This document shows, piece by piece, positions 17,836 to 26,695 of a DNA stretch of 64,000 nt. This stretch comes from Patescibacteria group bacterium (GTDB taxonomy: Archaea; Nanobdellota; Nanobdellia; Pacearchaeales; GW2011-AR1): assembly GCA_019428815.1 (NCBI GenBank), contig JAHYJW010000001.1, forward strand, positions 116,363 through 180,362, written 5' to 3'. Position numbers and translations under genes: made by a program. Position 1 is the first letter of the stretch; the number at the start of each line of letters is the position of its first letter. The notes under the pieces are model-generated. The model did no database searches and had not been told where the DNA came from. It saw only the letters and a list, made by a program, of their open reading frames with translations.

Positions 17836-19722
17836 ATGAAGATACTAACACTCCACGTTGATTATATCAATTTTAAACCTCTGAAAAAGGCACTTAAAAC
17901 AGTAGGTGAGCTTTCTGAAAAAGATAAAAAAGAAATTAAAGTTGGTGAAAGTTTGGTCGTAATGATTGCGGTTGAAAAGGGGGACTCTGTTGAATCCTCT
18001 GTTGGTGATTTAATAAATAATATAAAAGATATTTCTTCTCAACTTAAGATAAAGAAAGTTGTACTTTATCCTTATGCTCATCTTTCAAGTAGTCTTTCAA
18101 ATCCTGATATTGCAATTGAAGTTTTAAATAAAACAGAAAAATTACTTTCCAAAGAATTTGATGTGATTAAAGCTCCGTTTGGTTATTATAAAGAATTTGA
18201 ATTAAAAGTTAAAGGTCATCCCTTAAGTGAACTTTCAAGAGAGATTGTTTCTGAAAAAGATAAAAAAGTTTTAATTGAAAACTTTGATGAAAAAATCGAT
18301 GAAAAAACAAATGCTCTTAAAGCAGAAGAAAAGATTAAATCTCAGTGGTATATTATGACCCCTGATGGGAAAATGCAAGAGGTGGATAAGTTTGATTATA
18401 AATCCCATAAAAATCTTAAGAAATTTGCATTTTATGAGAAATCAAAATCTCGAAAAGCGGTAAAAGAACCTGCTCATATAAAAACTATGAAAGCGTTAGA
18501 ATTAGTTGATTATGAACCGGCATCTGATTCTGGAAATTTTAGATATTATCCTAAAGGAAGATTGATAAAAAGTTTAATTGAAGAATATGTTACAAAAAGG
18601 GTTATTGACTATGGGGGAATGGAAGTTGAAACTCCAATTATGTATAATATCCAACATCCAGCATTATCTAGTTATTTACAAAAATTTCCTGCAAGGCAAT
18701 ATCAAATTGAATCTGATAAAAAAAAGTTTTTTTTGAGATTTAGTGCTTGCTTTGGGCAATTTTTAATGGCAAAAGATGCTCCTTTATCCTACAAAAATCT
18801 TCCCTTTAGAATATATGAGATGACTAGATATAGTTTTAGAAAAGAACAAAGTGGGGAGTTATCAGGATTAAGAAGGTTGAGATCTTTTACTATGCCAGAT
18901 GTTCATGCTCTTTGTAGTGATTTAGAACAATCCATGGAAGAATACAAAACAAGATTTGATTTGTGTATAGATGTTTTAGACAAGATAGGGATAAGTTTAG
19001 ATGATCTTGAATTAGGAATAAGATTTACTAAGGATTTTTATAACAAAAATAAGAAATTTGTAGAATACTTAGTAAAAAGATTAGGTAAACCCGCTTTAGT
19101 TGAAATGTGGAATGAAAGAGCTTTTTATTTTGTTTTAAAATATGAGTTTAATTTTGTAGACAGTGTTGATAAGGCAGCAGCATTATCCACAGATCAGATA
19201 GATGTTGAAAATGCAGAAAGATATGGGATTAAATTCAAAGATAAAGACAATATTAAGAAATATCCTTTGATTCTCCATTGTTCTCCTTCTGGAGCTGTAG
19301 AAAGAGTTATTTACGCTTTATTAGAAAAAGCAGAAATTAACAAAAGCCACTCTTTACCCTATTGGCTTTGTCCAACTCAACTAAGAATTGCTAGTATTTC
19401 GGAGAAGTTTAATGAAAAAGCAATAAGTTTAGCAGAAGAATTCAATCAGAGAGGGGTAAGAACTGATGTTGATGACCGAAATATTACTTTGCCTAAAAAA
19501 ATCTCTGATTCAGAGAGTGAATGGATTCCTTATGTTGTTGTGATTGGAGAAAAAGAAGCAGCTTCTGGTAAGATTGCCTTGAGAACTAGGAATAAGAAGG
19601 GAATTGAAATTTTAGATAAAGAAGAATTATTCAATCTTTTGAAAAAACAGCAAGAAGATATGCCCTGGAAAAGTTTGCCTTTGCCTAAATTATTGAGCAA
19701 AAGGCCTATTTTTGTTGGTTAA
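17836..19722 (+). CDS. thrS: Threonyl-tRNA synthetase with archaeal N-terminal editing domain
   Basis: 628 aa. MKILTLHVDYINFKP start (archaeal DTD-like editing domain), class II core (FRYYPKG, RLRSFTMPDVH), C-terminal anticodon-binding domain. Confidence 0.9.
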   Translation: MKILTLHVDYINFKPLKKALKTVGELSEKDKKEIKVGESLVVMIAVEKGDSVESSVGDLINNIKDISSQLKIKKVVLYPYAHLSSSLSNPDIAIEVLNKTEKLLSKEFDVIKAPFGYYKEFELKVKGHPLSELSREIVSEKDKKVLIENFDEKIDEKTNALKAEEKIKSQWYIMTPDGKMQEVDKFDYKSHKNLKKFAFYEKSKSRKAVKEPAHIKTMKALELVDYEPASDSGNFRYYPKGRLIKSLIEEYVTKRVIDYGGMEVETPIMYNIQHPALSSYLQKFPARQYQIESDKKKFFLRFSACFGQFLMAKDAPLSYKNLPFRIYEMTRYSFRKEQSGELSGLRRLRSFTMPDVHALCSDLEQSMEEYKTRFDLCIDVLDKIGISLDDLELGIRFTKDFYNKNKKFVEYLVKRLGKPALVEMWNERAFYFVLKYEFNFVDSVDKAAALSTDQIDVENAERYGIKFKDKDNIKKYPLILHCSPSGAVERVIYALLEKAEINKSHSLPYWLCPTQLRIASISEKFNEKAISLAEEFNQRGVRTDVDDRNITLPKKISDSESEWIPYVVVIGEKEAASGKIALRTRNKKGIEILDKEELFNLLKKQQEDMPWKSLPLPKLLSKRPIFVG

Positions 19723-19777
19723 ATTTTAGTGGCAAATATATCGTTAATTTTATTAACTATCTATTTTTTTTGTTTTA

Positions 19778-20275
19778 ATGAATCTGGGATTTTATTTCGA
19801 AAAACTACATTCTTCTGAGGTTTTTATAGATTTTATGGAAAAAAATCCTAAAGCATACTTATGCTCTGGTTTTTTTAGTATTGATAAGGAAGGCCAGGAT
19901 AATCAAAAACATTTTGATTTTTATGCTCCTGATGAAAAGAAAATGTTTAGTTTTAAACTTGAATCCAAAATCGAAAAAGTTCCTATGGAAATTTTTGAGG
20001 CAGTTCCAAAAGTCTTGGATATTGATTCTAATTTAGACTTTGATATAGATGATACAGAAAAGATTCTCCTCGAAAAAATGGAAGAACAAAAAATTAATAA
20101 CAAAATTCAAAAAATTTTAATATCTATACAAAATGTTGAGGAAAAGAATTTTTTAATTTGTACGGTTTTTATTAGTGGTTTGGGTCTTTTAAAGGTTCAA
20201 ATTGATCTTAAAACAAAAAAAATAACGTTTTTTGAGAAAAAAAGCTTTTTTGATTTTGTTAAAAGAGTTAAGTGA
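19778..20275 (+). CDS. Hypothetical protein
   Basis: 165-aa ORF in coding-like context. No recognisable motif. Confidence 0.4.
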   Translation: MNLGFYFEKLHSSEVFIDFMEKNPKAYLCSGFFSIDKEGQDNQKHFDFYAPDEKKMFSFKLESKIEKVPMEIFEAVPKVLDIDSNLDFDIDDTEKILLEKMEEQKINNKIQKILISIQNVEEKNFLICTVFISGLGLLKVQIDLKTKKITFFEKKSFFDFVKRVK

Positions 20276-20283
20276 TAAGTGAG

Positions 20284-21267
20284 TTAGGCAGTAAATTTTC
20301 CAGAGAAATACTCCTCAATTCCCTTCTGGTATAATTCAAAGAATTTAATCAAGTCTGAGTCTGGGAGTCTACTTAAGTAGATAGAGGGGTTTATCTCTTC
20401 AACTTCACTAATCATTGGGAAATCTCTTCGTCCAATAACATCAAATCTTGTGATTGGGGCATAATTTTTTCCTTTAAAATCCAGAATTTTTTCACAAACT
20501 TTTAATTCCTGTTTTGATGGTTTGATTTTCTCTGGAAGTCTCCCAAGAGTTCCAGTCGGAGGTAACCATCCCTCACCCCTGTATCTCAAAGCAGCATGTG
20601 AAAATTTTCTACTTACATAAACTAAGGACCTTTCATGATAAAGTTCAACATCAGGTATAAAAGCCTGAGCCAAAACTCCTCGAGATTTATTTTCTAAAAA
20701 GTATCCTTCTAGGTTAGAATCATCTGTTTCATTCAATCTAATAACTGAGTTTGCTCTTTCTCCAAATATTTTAGGCTTTAATACAACATCTTCTAAAGAC
20801 CCTTTAGATTTCTCCTGAACCCTTTTGATTATCTCTTCTCTAGGAGTATATACTTTAAGTTCTACTGTGGGTATAGTTGAAATTGAGTTTTCTTGTAATT
20901 CAACTAAATAAGACTTATTTAGGTTTTTCATCATAACCCTTGGAGGATTTATCATAAATGGGGGTTTTATTCTTTTACTGGTCATTTGTTCTAAAGTATT
21001 AAAAAATAAAGCAACATCCCTTTCTTTTTTTTCAAATTTTCCCATTGAGAGTACATGTAAGACATCAAAATCACTTAATCTCCACATTTCGTCTCTTTCT
21101 AAAAAAACTCTTTCAGATTTAGGATCAATTCTTGTGATTAATTCTCCTCCTCTTAGGGTTTCCCAGTCTAAAAAAGCAATATCATATCTCTCACCTAAAA
21201 TTTCTTGGAATAAGAATCTTTCATCATCATTACTTTTTGAAAATAAACATATCTTTTTCTTTTCCAT
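20284..21267 (-). CDS. ATP-grasp-like ligase (divergent), third gene of the racemase operon
   Basis: 327 aa. NKSYLVELQENSISTIPT and VVLKPKIFGERANSVIRL resemble the ATP-grasp central domain. Starts 13 nt downstream of the preceding ATP-grasp gene. Confidence 0.45.
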   Translation of the reverse strand: MEKKKICLFSKSNDDERFLFQEILGERYDIAFLDWETLRGGELITRIDPKSERVFLERDEMWRLSDFDVLHVLSMGKFEKKERDVALFFNTLEQMTSKRIKPPFMINPPRVMMKNLNKSYLVELQENSISTIPTVELKVYTPREEIIKRVQEKSKGSLEDVVLKPKIFGERANSVIRLNETDDSNLEGYFLENKSRGVLAQAFIPDVELYHERSLVYVSRKFSHAALRYRGEGWLPPTGTLGRLPEKIKPSKQELKVCEKILDFKGKNYAPITRFDVIGRRDFPMISEVEEINPSIYLSRLPDSDLIKFFELYQKGIEEYFSGKFTA

Positions 21268-21280
21268 TTTATCTTTAGGA

Positions 21281-22258
21281 TTATTCGATTATTTCAGTTC
21301 TAGTTTTAGTTAATCCCAAATTTTGTTTACCTTCTTTATAACTTTTTTCAGAATTTCTTTTTAAGAAATTTAATGTCGAATCTACAAACTGAACCATCCT
21401 TTTGTTGTCGTTTATTTTGTTGAAGTAATTTGGAGTAGGATTGTTCTCAATTACCACTGGTCCATCTTCAGAAAAAGAGATATCCACTTCATTAACTAAA
21501 GCCCCTATTAGATTTGTAGATCTTATTGCTAAGTTTATCTCATCGATTGTTGGCCTAAAAGAGGGTAATTCTTTTGAACCATTGCTTACAGATCCAAACC
21601 AAGGTTCTTCTCCTTCCTTTGAAGGAATTAAAGTTCTTGCAAATGCAAAGGTATAATTTCCATCAATTATGTTAACCCTACAATCATAACCTCGAACAGG
21701 TTTAACAAATTCTTGGGCTATAAAACTCCCAAAATACCCTTCTCCTCTTGCTAATTCTCTCTTAGAAGACATGATTGAAACAAACTCTTCTGGCGTTTCT
21801 ATTTTACATACATCCTTGCCCCTCCCCCCGGAATTTCTTTTTATTATTAATGGAAAACCTAACAGAGATTCTAACTTTTCTGATTTTTCCTTTAAATCTT
21901 CTTTCATGTCTATAAAAATGCTTTCTGGAGTAGGGACCCCCCCATAGGATAAACGTCTAAATGTTTGATATTTGTCATAATCATATCCCGAAGTTTTATA
22001 AGAGTTTAAACAATAAACCCCTCTTTTTTCTATTTCCCTGAGCAAATTAAGTGTAAGTACTATACTCCTATAATCTCTATTTGCTACACTTGCATAAACT
22101 CTATTTAAGACTAAATCATTTTTTATTATTTTTTCAAGAAAACAGTTTCTTACATCATAATGATTAACGATAACATCCCTTTCTCTTAAAAGACTTGTAA
22201 GTTCTTGCTCAGCAAATTCAAGATCATGGTGTAACATCCCGATTTCTAATCTTTTCAT
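21281..22258 (-). CDS. ATP-grasp ligase, RimK/LysX-like
   Basis: FPLIIKRNSGGRGKDVCKIETPEEF, FIAQEFVKPVRGYDCRVNIIDG, EVDISFSEDGPVVIENNPTPN. ATGA start/stop overlap with the racemase gene. Confidence 0.75.
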   Translation of the reverse strand: MKRLEIGMLHHDLEFAEQELTSLLRERDVIVNHYDVRNCFLEKIIKNDLVLNRVYASVANRDYRSIVLTLNLLREIEKRGVYCLNSYKTSGYDYDKYQTFRRLSYGGVPTPESIFIDMKEDLKEKSEKLESLLGFPLIIKRNSGGRGKDVCKIETPEEFVSIMSSKRELARGEGYFGSFIAQEFVKPVRGYDCRVNIIDGNYTFAFARTLIPSKEGEEPWFGSVSNGSKELPSFRPTIDEINLAIRSTNLIGALVNEVDISFSEDGPVVIENNPTPNYFNKINDNKRMVQFVDSTLNFLKRNSEKSYKEGKQNLGLTKTRTEIIE

Positions 22259-23109
22259 TTTAATTCTGCCTCCAAATCTACTTTTGTAAACATCTTTTCT
22301 GTATCTATCTCTGTAAACATCTTTTCTGCAAATTCTCTTATTTCATATTTCATAGTGACTATGACCTCATTTTCTGAACTTTCAACATAATTAACAATTT
22401 CTCTTGCGGTTAATTCCATAGGATCAAATACTTTTATCGAGAAATCTTTTTGTTTTATTACTAATGGAAGTTCTGTACACCCTAAAACAATAGCTTCTGC
22501 GCCTCTTTCTATAAGGCTTTTTATTGCTTGTGTAAGTAATCTTTTTGGGATTAACTTTTTACCAGATTTTATCCCCTCTTTACCATAAATTGATTTCATC
22601 ACTAAATTTTCTTGTTCATATTTATCGGGGAGTATAGTTTCTATTCCAACCTCGTTAAAATATGATTGAAATATTTTCGATTTTAAAGCCCCGTCTGTAG
22701 TTAAAAGTCCAATTTTTTTTAAATGATTCTTATCTAAAAGAATTTTTTTAACGAGAATTTTTTCCATATCTACAATCGGTACTTTGATTTCTTCTTGAAC
22801 CTTTGGGAGAAAGACATGTGCAGTGTTACAGGGCACAATAATTAAATCAACACCTAAATTTTCTAATATCTTAGATGTTTTTATTAATTCAGGGGTTGGA
22901 TCTTTACCTAGTCCTAATATGTAGTCTGTTCGATCTGGAATTTGAGGGTTACATAGGTGAACAAAGGGTATCTTATCCTGATCACATGTTCCTTTCTTTT
23001 TTGAAATTAAAAATTCACAAAATTTATTTGAAGCTTCAGGACCTACACCTCCAACTACTCCAATTAGCTTTTTTTTCACCTCAATAGAGGCATATTTGTT
23101 TATTTCCAC
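22255..23109 (-). CDS. Aspartate racemase family (Asp/Glu/hydantoin racemase)
   Basis: GVVGGVGPEAS start and two catalytic Cys boxes, VPCNTAHVF and LGCTELPLV. Confidence 0.8.
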   Translation of the reverse strand: MEINKYASIEVKKKLIGVVGGVGPEASNKFCEFLISKKKGTCDQDKIPFVHLCNPQIPDRTDYILGLGKDPTPELIKTSKILENLGVDLIIVPCNTAHVFLPKVQEEIKVPIVDMEKILVKKILLDKNHLKKIGLLTTDGALKSKIFQSYFNEVGIETILPDKYEQENLVMKSIYGKEGIKSGKKLIPKRLLTQAIKSLIERGAEAIVLGCTELPLVIKQKDFSIKVFDPMELTAREIVNYVESSENEVIVTMKYEIREFAEKMFTEIDTEKMFTKVDLEAELK

Positions 23110-23448
23110 TTTATTTTGATAGATTAGTTAAATTTAATTTAAGACATAAAGGGTTAATCTGGTTATCCCAATCAAGAAATATCATATTTTCTAAAGGATT
23201 TTTCAAAATTTCCTTTAATTTTTGGTTTTCTATAAGCATTTTTTAATCTCTTTTCAGGGTCTTCCATTTTTTACTTTTTTCGTTTATTTTTATGGTTTAT
23301 AAAACTTATGGTGCTATTCAATAATAACACCTTTATTAAAAAATAATCCCTTTAGTTTATAAAATTTTAGTTAATAGAGAATACATTCCCTCAATTTTTT
23401 GATAATTTATACCTTTTTTAGGCTTCTATTTTTTGAGATAGAAATAAA

Positions 23449-24117
23449 TCAAATTGGTTTATCTACAATCAGAATAATGCTTTTGGTATACTTCTTCTGA
23501 GGCATTTCTTTTGTTGAAACATGATTTATCTTGAAACCCACCTTTTTTAATAAATCTAAAATTTCGTTTTTATCGTAAAGGTAATAATATCTTTTAAGTG
23601 TCTTCTCGTTTATTTTCCAGGGGACATAAACTTCTTTTTTTTCTTGATTAAAACTCTTTTGATTTTTATCCCAGACTGTTATTAATGCTTTTTTTCCAGG
23701 CTTTAAGACTCTGAATAATTCTTTGAGGGTTTTGTATCTCAGATTAGAACCTTTAATACAGTGTAAGGAGTCTATAAACAGGGCAGAATCAAAAAAATTA
23801 TCATCAAAAGGAATATCCCATGCAAAACTTTTTTTAAAATTAGATTTAATCTTAAATTCTTTGGCTTTTTCTTTTGCATAACTAATCATTTTTTTTGAAA
23901 AATCTACCCCATAATAGTCCCCCTTTGTATTAATTAAATTTCGGCCACTACCACAACATAAATCAAGTATCTTTCCTTCTTGGTTTTTTAAAAAATTTAT
24001 AACTTCTGGAATGGGATGTATACGATATCCTTTCCAGACTTTTGAGATTTCGTCCCAAATTTTCTCTTGATTTAATCTAGAATCCTCTTTTTTGATCATC
24101 TTTTTTAATAAGTTCAT
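23449..24117 (-). CDS. Class I SAM-dependent methyltransferase
   Basis: Motif I ILDLCCGSGRN, post-I GVDFS, LKPGKKALI. Confidence 0.8.
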   Translation of the reverse strand: MNLLKKMIKKEDSRLNQEKIWDEISKVWKGYRIHPIPEVINFLKNQEGKILDLCCGSGRNLINTKGDYYGVDFSKKMISYAKEKAKEFKIKSNFKKSFAWDIPFDDNFFDSALFIDSLHCIKGSNLRYKTLKELFRVLKPGKKALITVWDKNQKSFNQEKKEVYVPWKINEKTLKRYYYLYDKNEILDLLKKVGFKINHVSTKEMPQKKYTKSIILIVDKPI

Positions 24118-24225
24118 TTATTTATCCATGAAGCTTTTGTTTATGAAGCAAGAGGGAGATATTTCCTTTAAAATTTTATTTTTTATTTTCTATCTTTTTA
24201 ATCCTTTTTTTAACATGATTTTTTA

Positions 24226-24711
24226 TTAAGAATATCCCAACATTCCTAAAATTTGGAGTGTTCCCAAGAGTACAAGGAGTCCTGCAATTAAAACTCCAAT
24301 GCTCATTGCAATAATACTCTTTTTTCTATTTAACCCTAATAGCCAAGAAATAAGAGATCCTGTCCAAATACCTGTTCCTGGTAAAGGCACTGCAACAGTT
24401 ATAGATAATGCTAAAAAACCAATAGTATCATATCGTTTTTCAAATTTATGAACCTTTCTTTGAAATCTTTTTATAAAATTACTAAAAAATTTGTTATAAA
24501 TTTTAATTTTTAATAGGTGAAGATGAATTTTATCTAAAAAATAAAAAACGAAGAATATTGTGAGGATGTTGACAATTACAATTATTAAAAAGATTAGTAA
24601 AATAGAAATATTATTGTCTCGAGCGAAAATTATGGCTAGAGGAAGCCCCGCCCTTAGTTCTGTTATGGGTAATATTGTCAGGATTATAGCGTATAATAAC
24701 CTAAGATCCAT
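24226..24711 (-). CDS. Small membrane protein, COG2426 / small multidrug-export-like
   Basis: 161 aa, 4 TM helices, PITELRAGLPLAI motif. Confidence 0.5.
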   Translation of the reverse strand: MDLRLLYAIILTILPITELRAGLPLAIIFARDNNISILLIFLIIVIVNILTIFFVFYFLDKIHLHLLKIKIYNKFFSNFIKRFQRKVHKFEKRYDTIGFLALSITVAVPLPGTGIWTGSLISWLLGLNRKKSIIAMSIGVLIAGLLVLLGTLQILGMLGYS

Positions 24712-24853
24712 ATTTAGATTTTTAAATTTTTAATCTTGTATTAAATATTTTTTTACTTATATATCCTTGCATAATTCCCTTCTTAGAAAGCTTAGATTTT
24801 TAACTTTATTTCAAATTTCCAAATTTATCCCAAATTCTTTAAAATTATTTCAA

Positions 24854-25795
24854 CTAAAATCTTTTCGAATCCTCAAATGAATTCCCACTATTTTTTGAAT
24901 CCTCAAATGAATCTTCACTATTCTCAGAAACCCTAAATGAATTCTCGCTATTTTTTGAATCCTCAAATGAATTCCCGCTGTTCTTAGAATATTTAAATGA
25001 ACCCCCACTATTCTCAGAACCAAAAAACGAATACCCCCTATTCTCAGAACTCCAAAATGAACCCCCACTATTCTCAGAACCCCTAAATGAATCTTCACTA
25101 TTCTCAGAAAACCCAAATGAATCCCCGCTGTTCTTAGAATATTTAAATGAACCCCCACTATTCTCAGAACCAAAAAACGAATACCTACTATTCTCAGAAC
25201 TCCAAAATGAACCCCCACTATTCTCAGAACCCCTAAATGAACCTCCACTACTCTCAGAAAACCTAAATGAATACCCCCTATTCTTAGAACCCCCAAATGA
25301 ACCCCCACTATTCTCAGAACCAAAAAACGAATACTCACTATTCTCAGAACCAAAAAACGAATACCCCCTATTCTTAGAACCCCAAAATGAATCCCCGCTA
25401 TTCTCAGAAAACCTAAAGGATTTCCCACTATTATTTGAATATGCAAAAGCCCTTCCACTATTTTTTGAAAACCATAACTGCTTTTTTCCAAATGATAATC
25501 CTGAGGGGGTATTCACTAAACTTATCCCTAAACCACCATACTCTAATTTTCTTAGGGGTTTTAGATCTCCTGTTAAGTTATAATAGGCAGAACTTGCAAT
25601 TCCTGAGATAAGCTCATTTTCATTAAACAAATATTCTATTAAGTTTTCAGGGCTTTCTTTATAAGCTTCTGTAATAATTTTAGTTAATTGCCTTATTCTA
25701 TTTCCATTTCCTTTTTCATGAACTAATTTCTCTAAAAAAGAACCCAGACTTTTTGTTTTAGAATCTTTATCTTGAATATCTTGCTCAGTTTTCAT
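24854..25795 (-). CDS. Protein with a ~105-aa N-terminal domain followed by 20 tandem decapeptide repeats S(E/K)NSGxSFxx
   Basis: Read directly from the translation: SENSGGSFWS SENSRYSFFG SENSGGSFKY SKNSGDSFGF and so on. Confidence 0.6.
   Translation of the reverse strand: MKTEQDIQDKDSKTKSLGSFLEKLVHEKGNGNRIRQLTKIITEAYKESPENLIEYLFNENELISGIASSAYYNLTGDLKPLRKLEYGGLGISLVNTPSGLSFGKKQLWFSKNSGRAFAYSNNSGKSFRFSENSGDSFWGSKNRGYSFFGSENSEYSFFGSENSGGSFGGSKNRGYSFRFSESSGGSFRGSENSGGSFWSSENSRYSFFGSENSGGSFKYSKNSGDSFGFSENSEDSFRGSENSGGSFWSSENRGYSFFGSENSGGSFKYSKNSGNSFEDSKNSENSFRVSENSEDSFEDSKNSGNSFEDSKRF
24860..25480. repeat. 30-bp tandem repeat array (~20 units) with a 150-bp higher-order duplication
   Basis: The unit resembles actattctcagaacCNNaaaatgaaccccc. 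24974-25090 and 25124-25240 are near-identical (2 mismatches seen in about 117 nt). Confidence 0.9.
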
Positions 25796-25956
25796 AAGAT
25801 TTTTAGAAATAAACTGCTTATAACCTTTATTGTGATGTAACTATCATAAAGTTAATCAAACTTTATCAGATGTTCTAATATGCGCCCCAAGATTGAAATT
25901 TTCTATTTTCAGAAATTTTTATTAAAGTTCATATTTTTAAACTTATATTTTAAAAG

Positions 25957-26520
25957 TCATCTCTCTTTTCTTATAAAAGGCTTGCCATTAATGCCTGATT
26001 TTTTTGCAATATCCAAAACCCTTTTTAAGTGGCGGGGATGGGTAATTATTAGTATATCTGTTCCGTTTAAATAATCCTTCTCTATATAATCGAAAAATGG
26101 CTCCTTTTGACAATAATCAAAATATAATTTTCCTTCTACTTCTCTCATAAATTCCTTTAAACAACTGTTTGACATCTTTTTTAATGATTTTATCCTAGTA
26201 TAATGACCATTAATAGTGCAAACATCCTTTTCTCTCCTAGTCCTTAAAATGGTTCCTAATTCGAGTTGGGTAATTATTTCTAATTCTTTTTTTTGATTAA
26301 AAGCTTCATAGAAATTTCTAGCAACAATTACTGTATCTGCAAGGACATGATTATAAGACTCTCTTCCAATTCCCTGATCAAAAGAGGGAGCGATAATATA
26401 ACTTGGATTAAGGTTAGGTTCACATAGAAAACTTTCTCCTTTAATCACAATCTCTTCTAAGTTTCTTAAATTTGAGTTTTTAAGAATATCAAAGACATTC
26501 TTAAATAGGTTGATGTTCAT
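25957..26520 (-). CDS. Hypothetical protein (weak DUF218/YdcF-like C-terminus)
   Basis: 187 aa. DILIITHPRHLKRVLDIAKKSG faintly resembles the YdcF motif. Confidence 0.35.
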   Translation of the reverse strand: MNINLFKNVFDILKNSNLRNLEEIVIKGESFLCEPNLNPSYIIAPSFDQGIGRESYNHVLADTVIVARNFYEAFNQKKELEIITQLELGTILRTRREKDVCTINGHYTRIKSLKKMSNSCLKEFMREVEGKLYFDYCQKEPFFDYIEKDYLNGTDILIITHPRHLKRVLDIAKKSGINGKPFIRKER

Positions 26521-26664
26521 AGTTTTGAAATAGAAGTACCCCTTTTAAAACTTCCTATCTGTAACCATTTGCCAGTAACTATAAATCTAGTCTAAATCCT
26601 CTTGAAGATAACCCTATTAAAGATAAATTCAGCGTTAATAAGTAATCGGTATCAGGGGAGAGTA

Positions 26665-26674
26665 TTTTTATAAG
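26665..26674 (+). promoter_or_regulatory. TATA-box-like tttttataag, about 25 nt upstream of the elp3 ATG at 26696
   Basis: Sequence and spacing. Confidence 0.4.
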
Positions 26675-26695
26675 TCTTAAATTTTTAGTTTTAGG

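Noticed and set aside
24860-25480. Possible CRISPR array or pentapeptide-repeat protein
   Set aside because: The units are contiguous with no unique spacers, the period is 30 bp, and the array lies in frame inside an ORF, so it is not CRISPR. The decapeptide lacks the central hydrophobic residue in every fifth position that A(D/N)LXX pentapeptide repeats need.
24850-25491. 213-aa ORF (LRIVG(I/V)H(L/F)GVLRI... repeats) in a second frame across the 30-bp repeat array
   Set aside because: It is an alternative frame kept open only by the repeat periodicity. It has no N-terminal non-repeat domain, and its extent matches the array exactly. The 24854-25795 frame has a proper N-terminal domain and is preferred.
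25880-26074. 64-aa plus-strand ORF
   Set aside because: It overlaps the 3' end of the minus-strand gene 25957-26520 and has a low-complexity hydrophobic translation.
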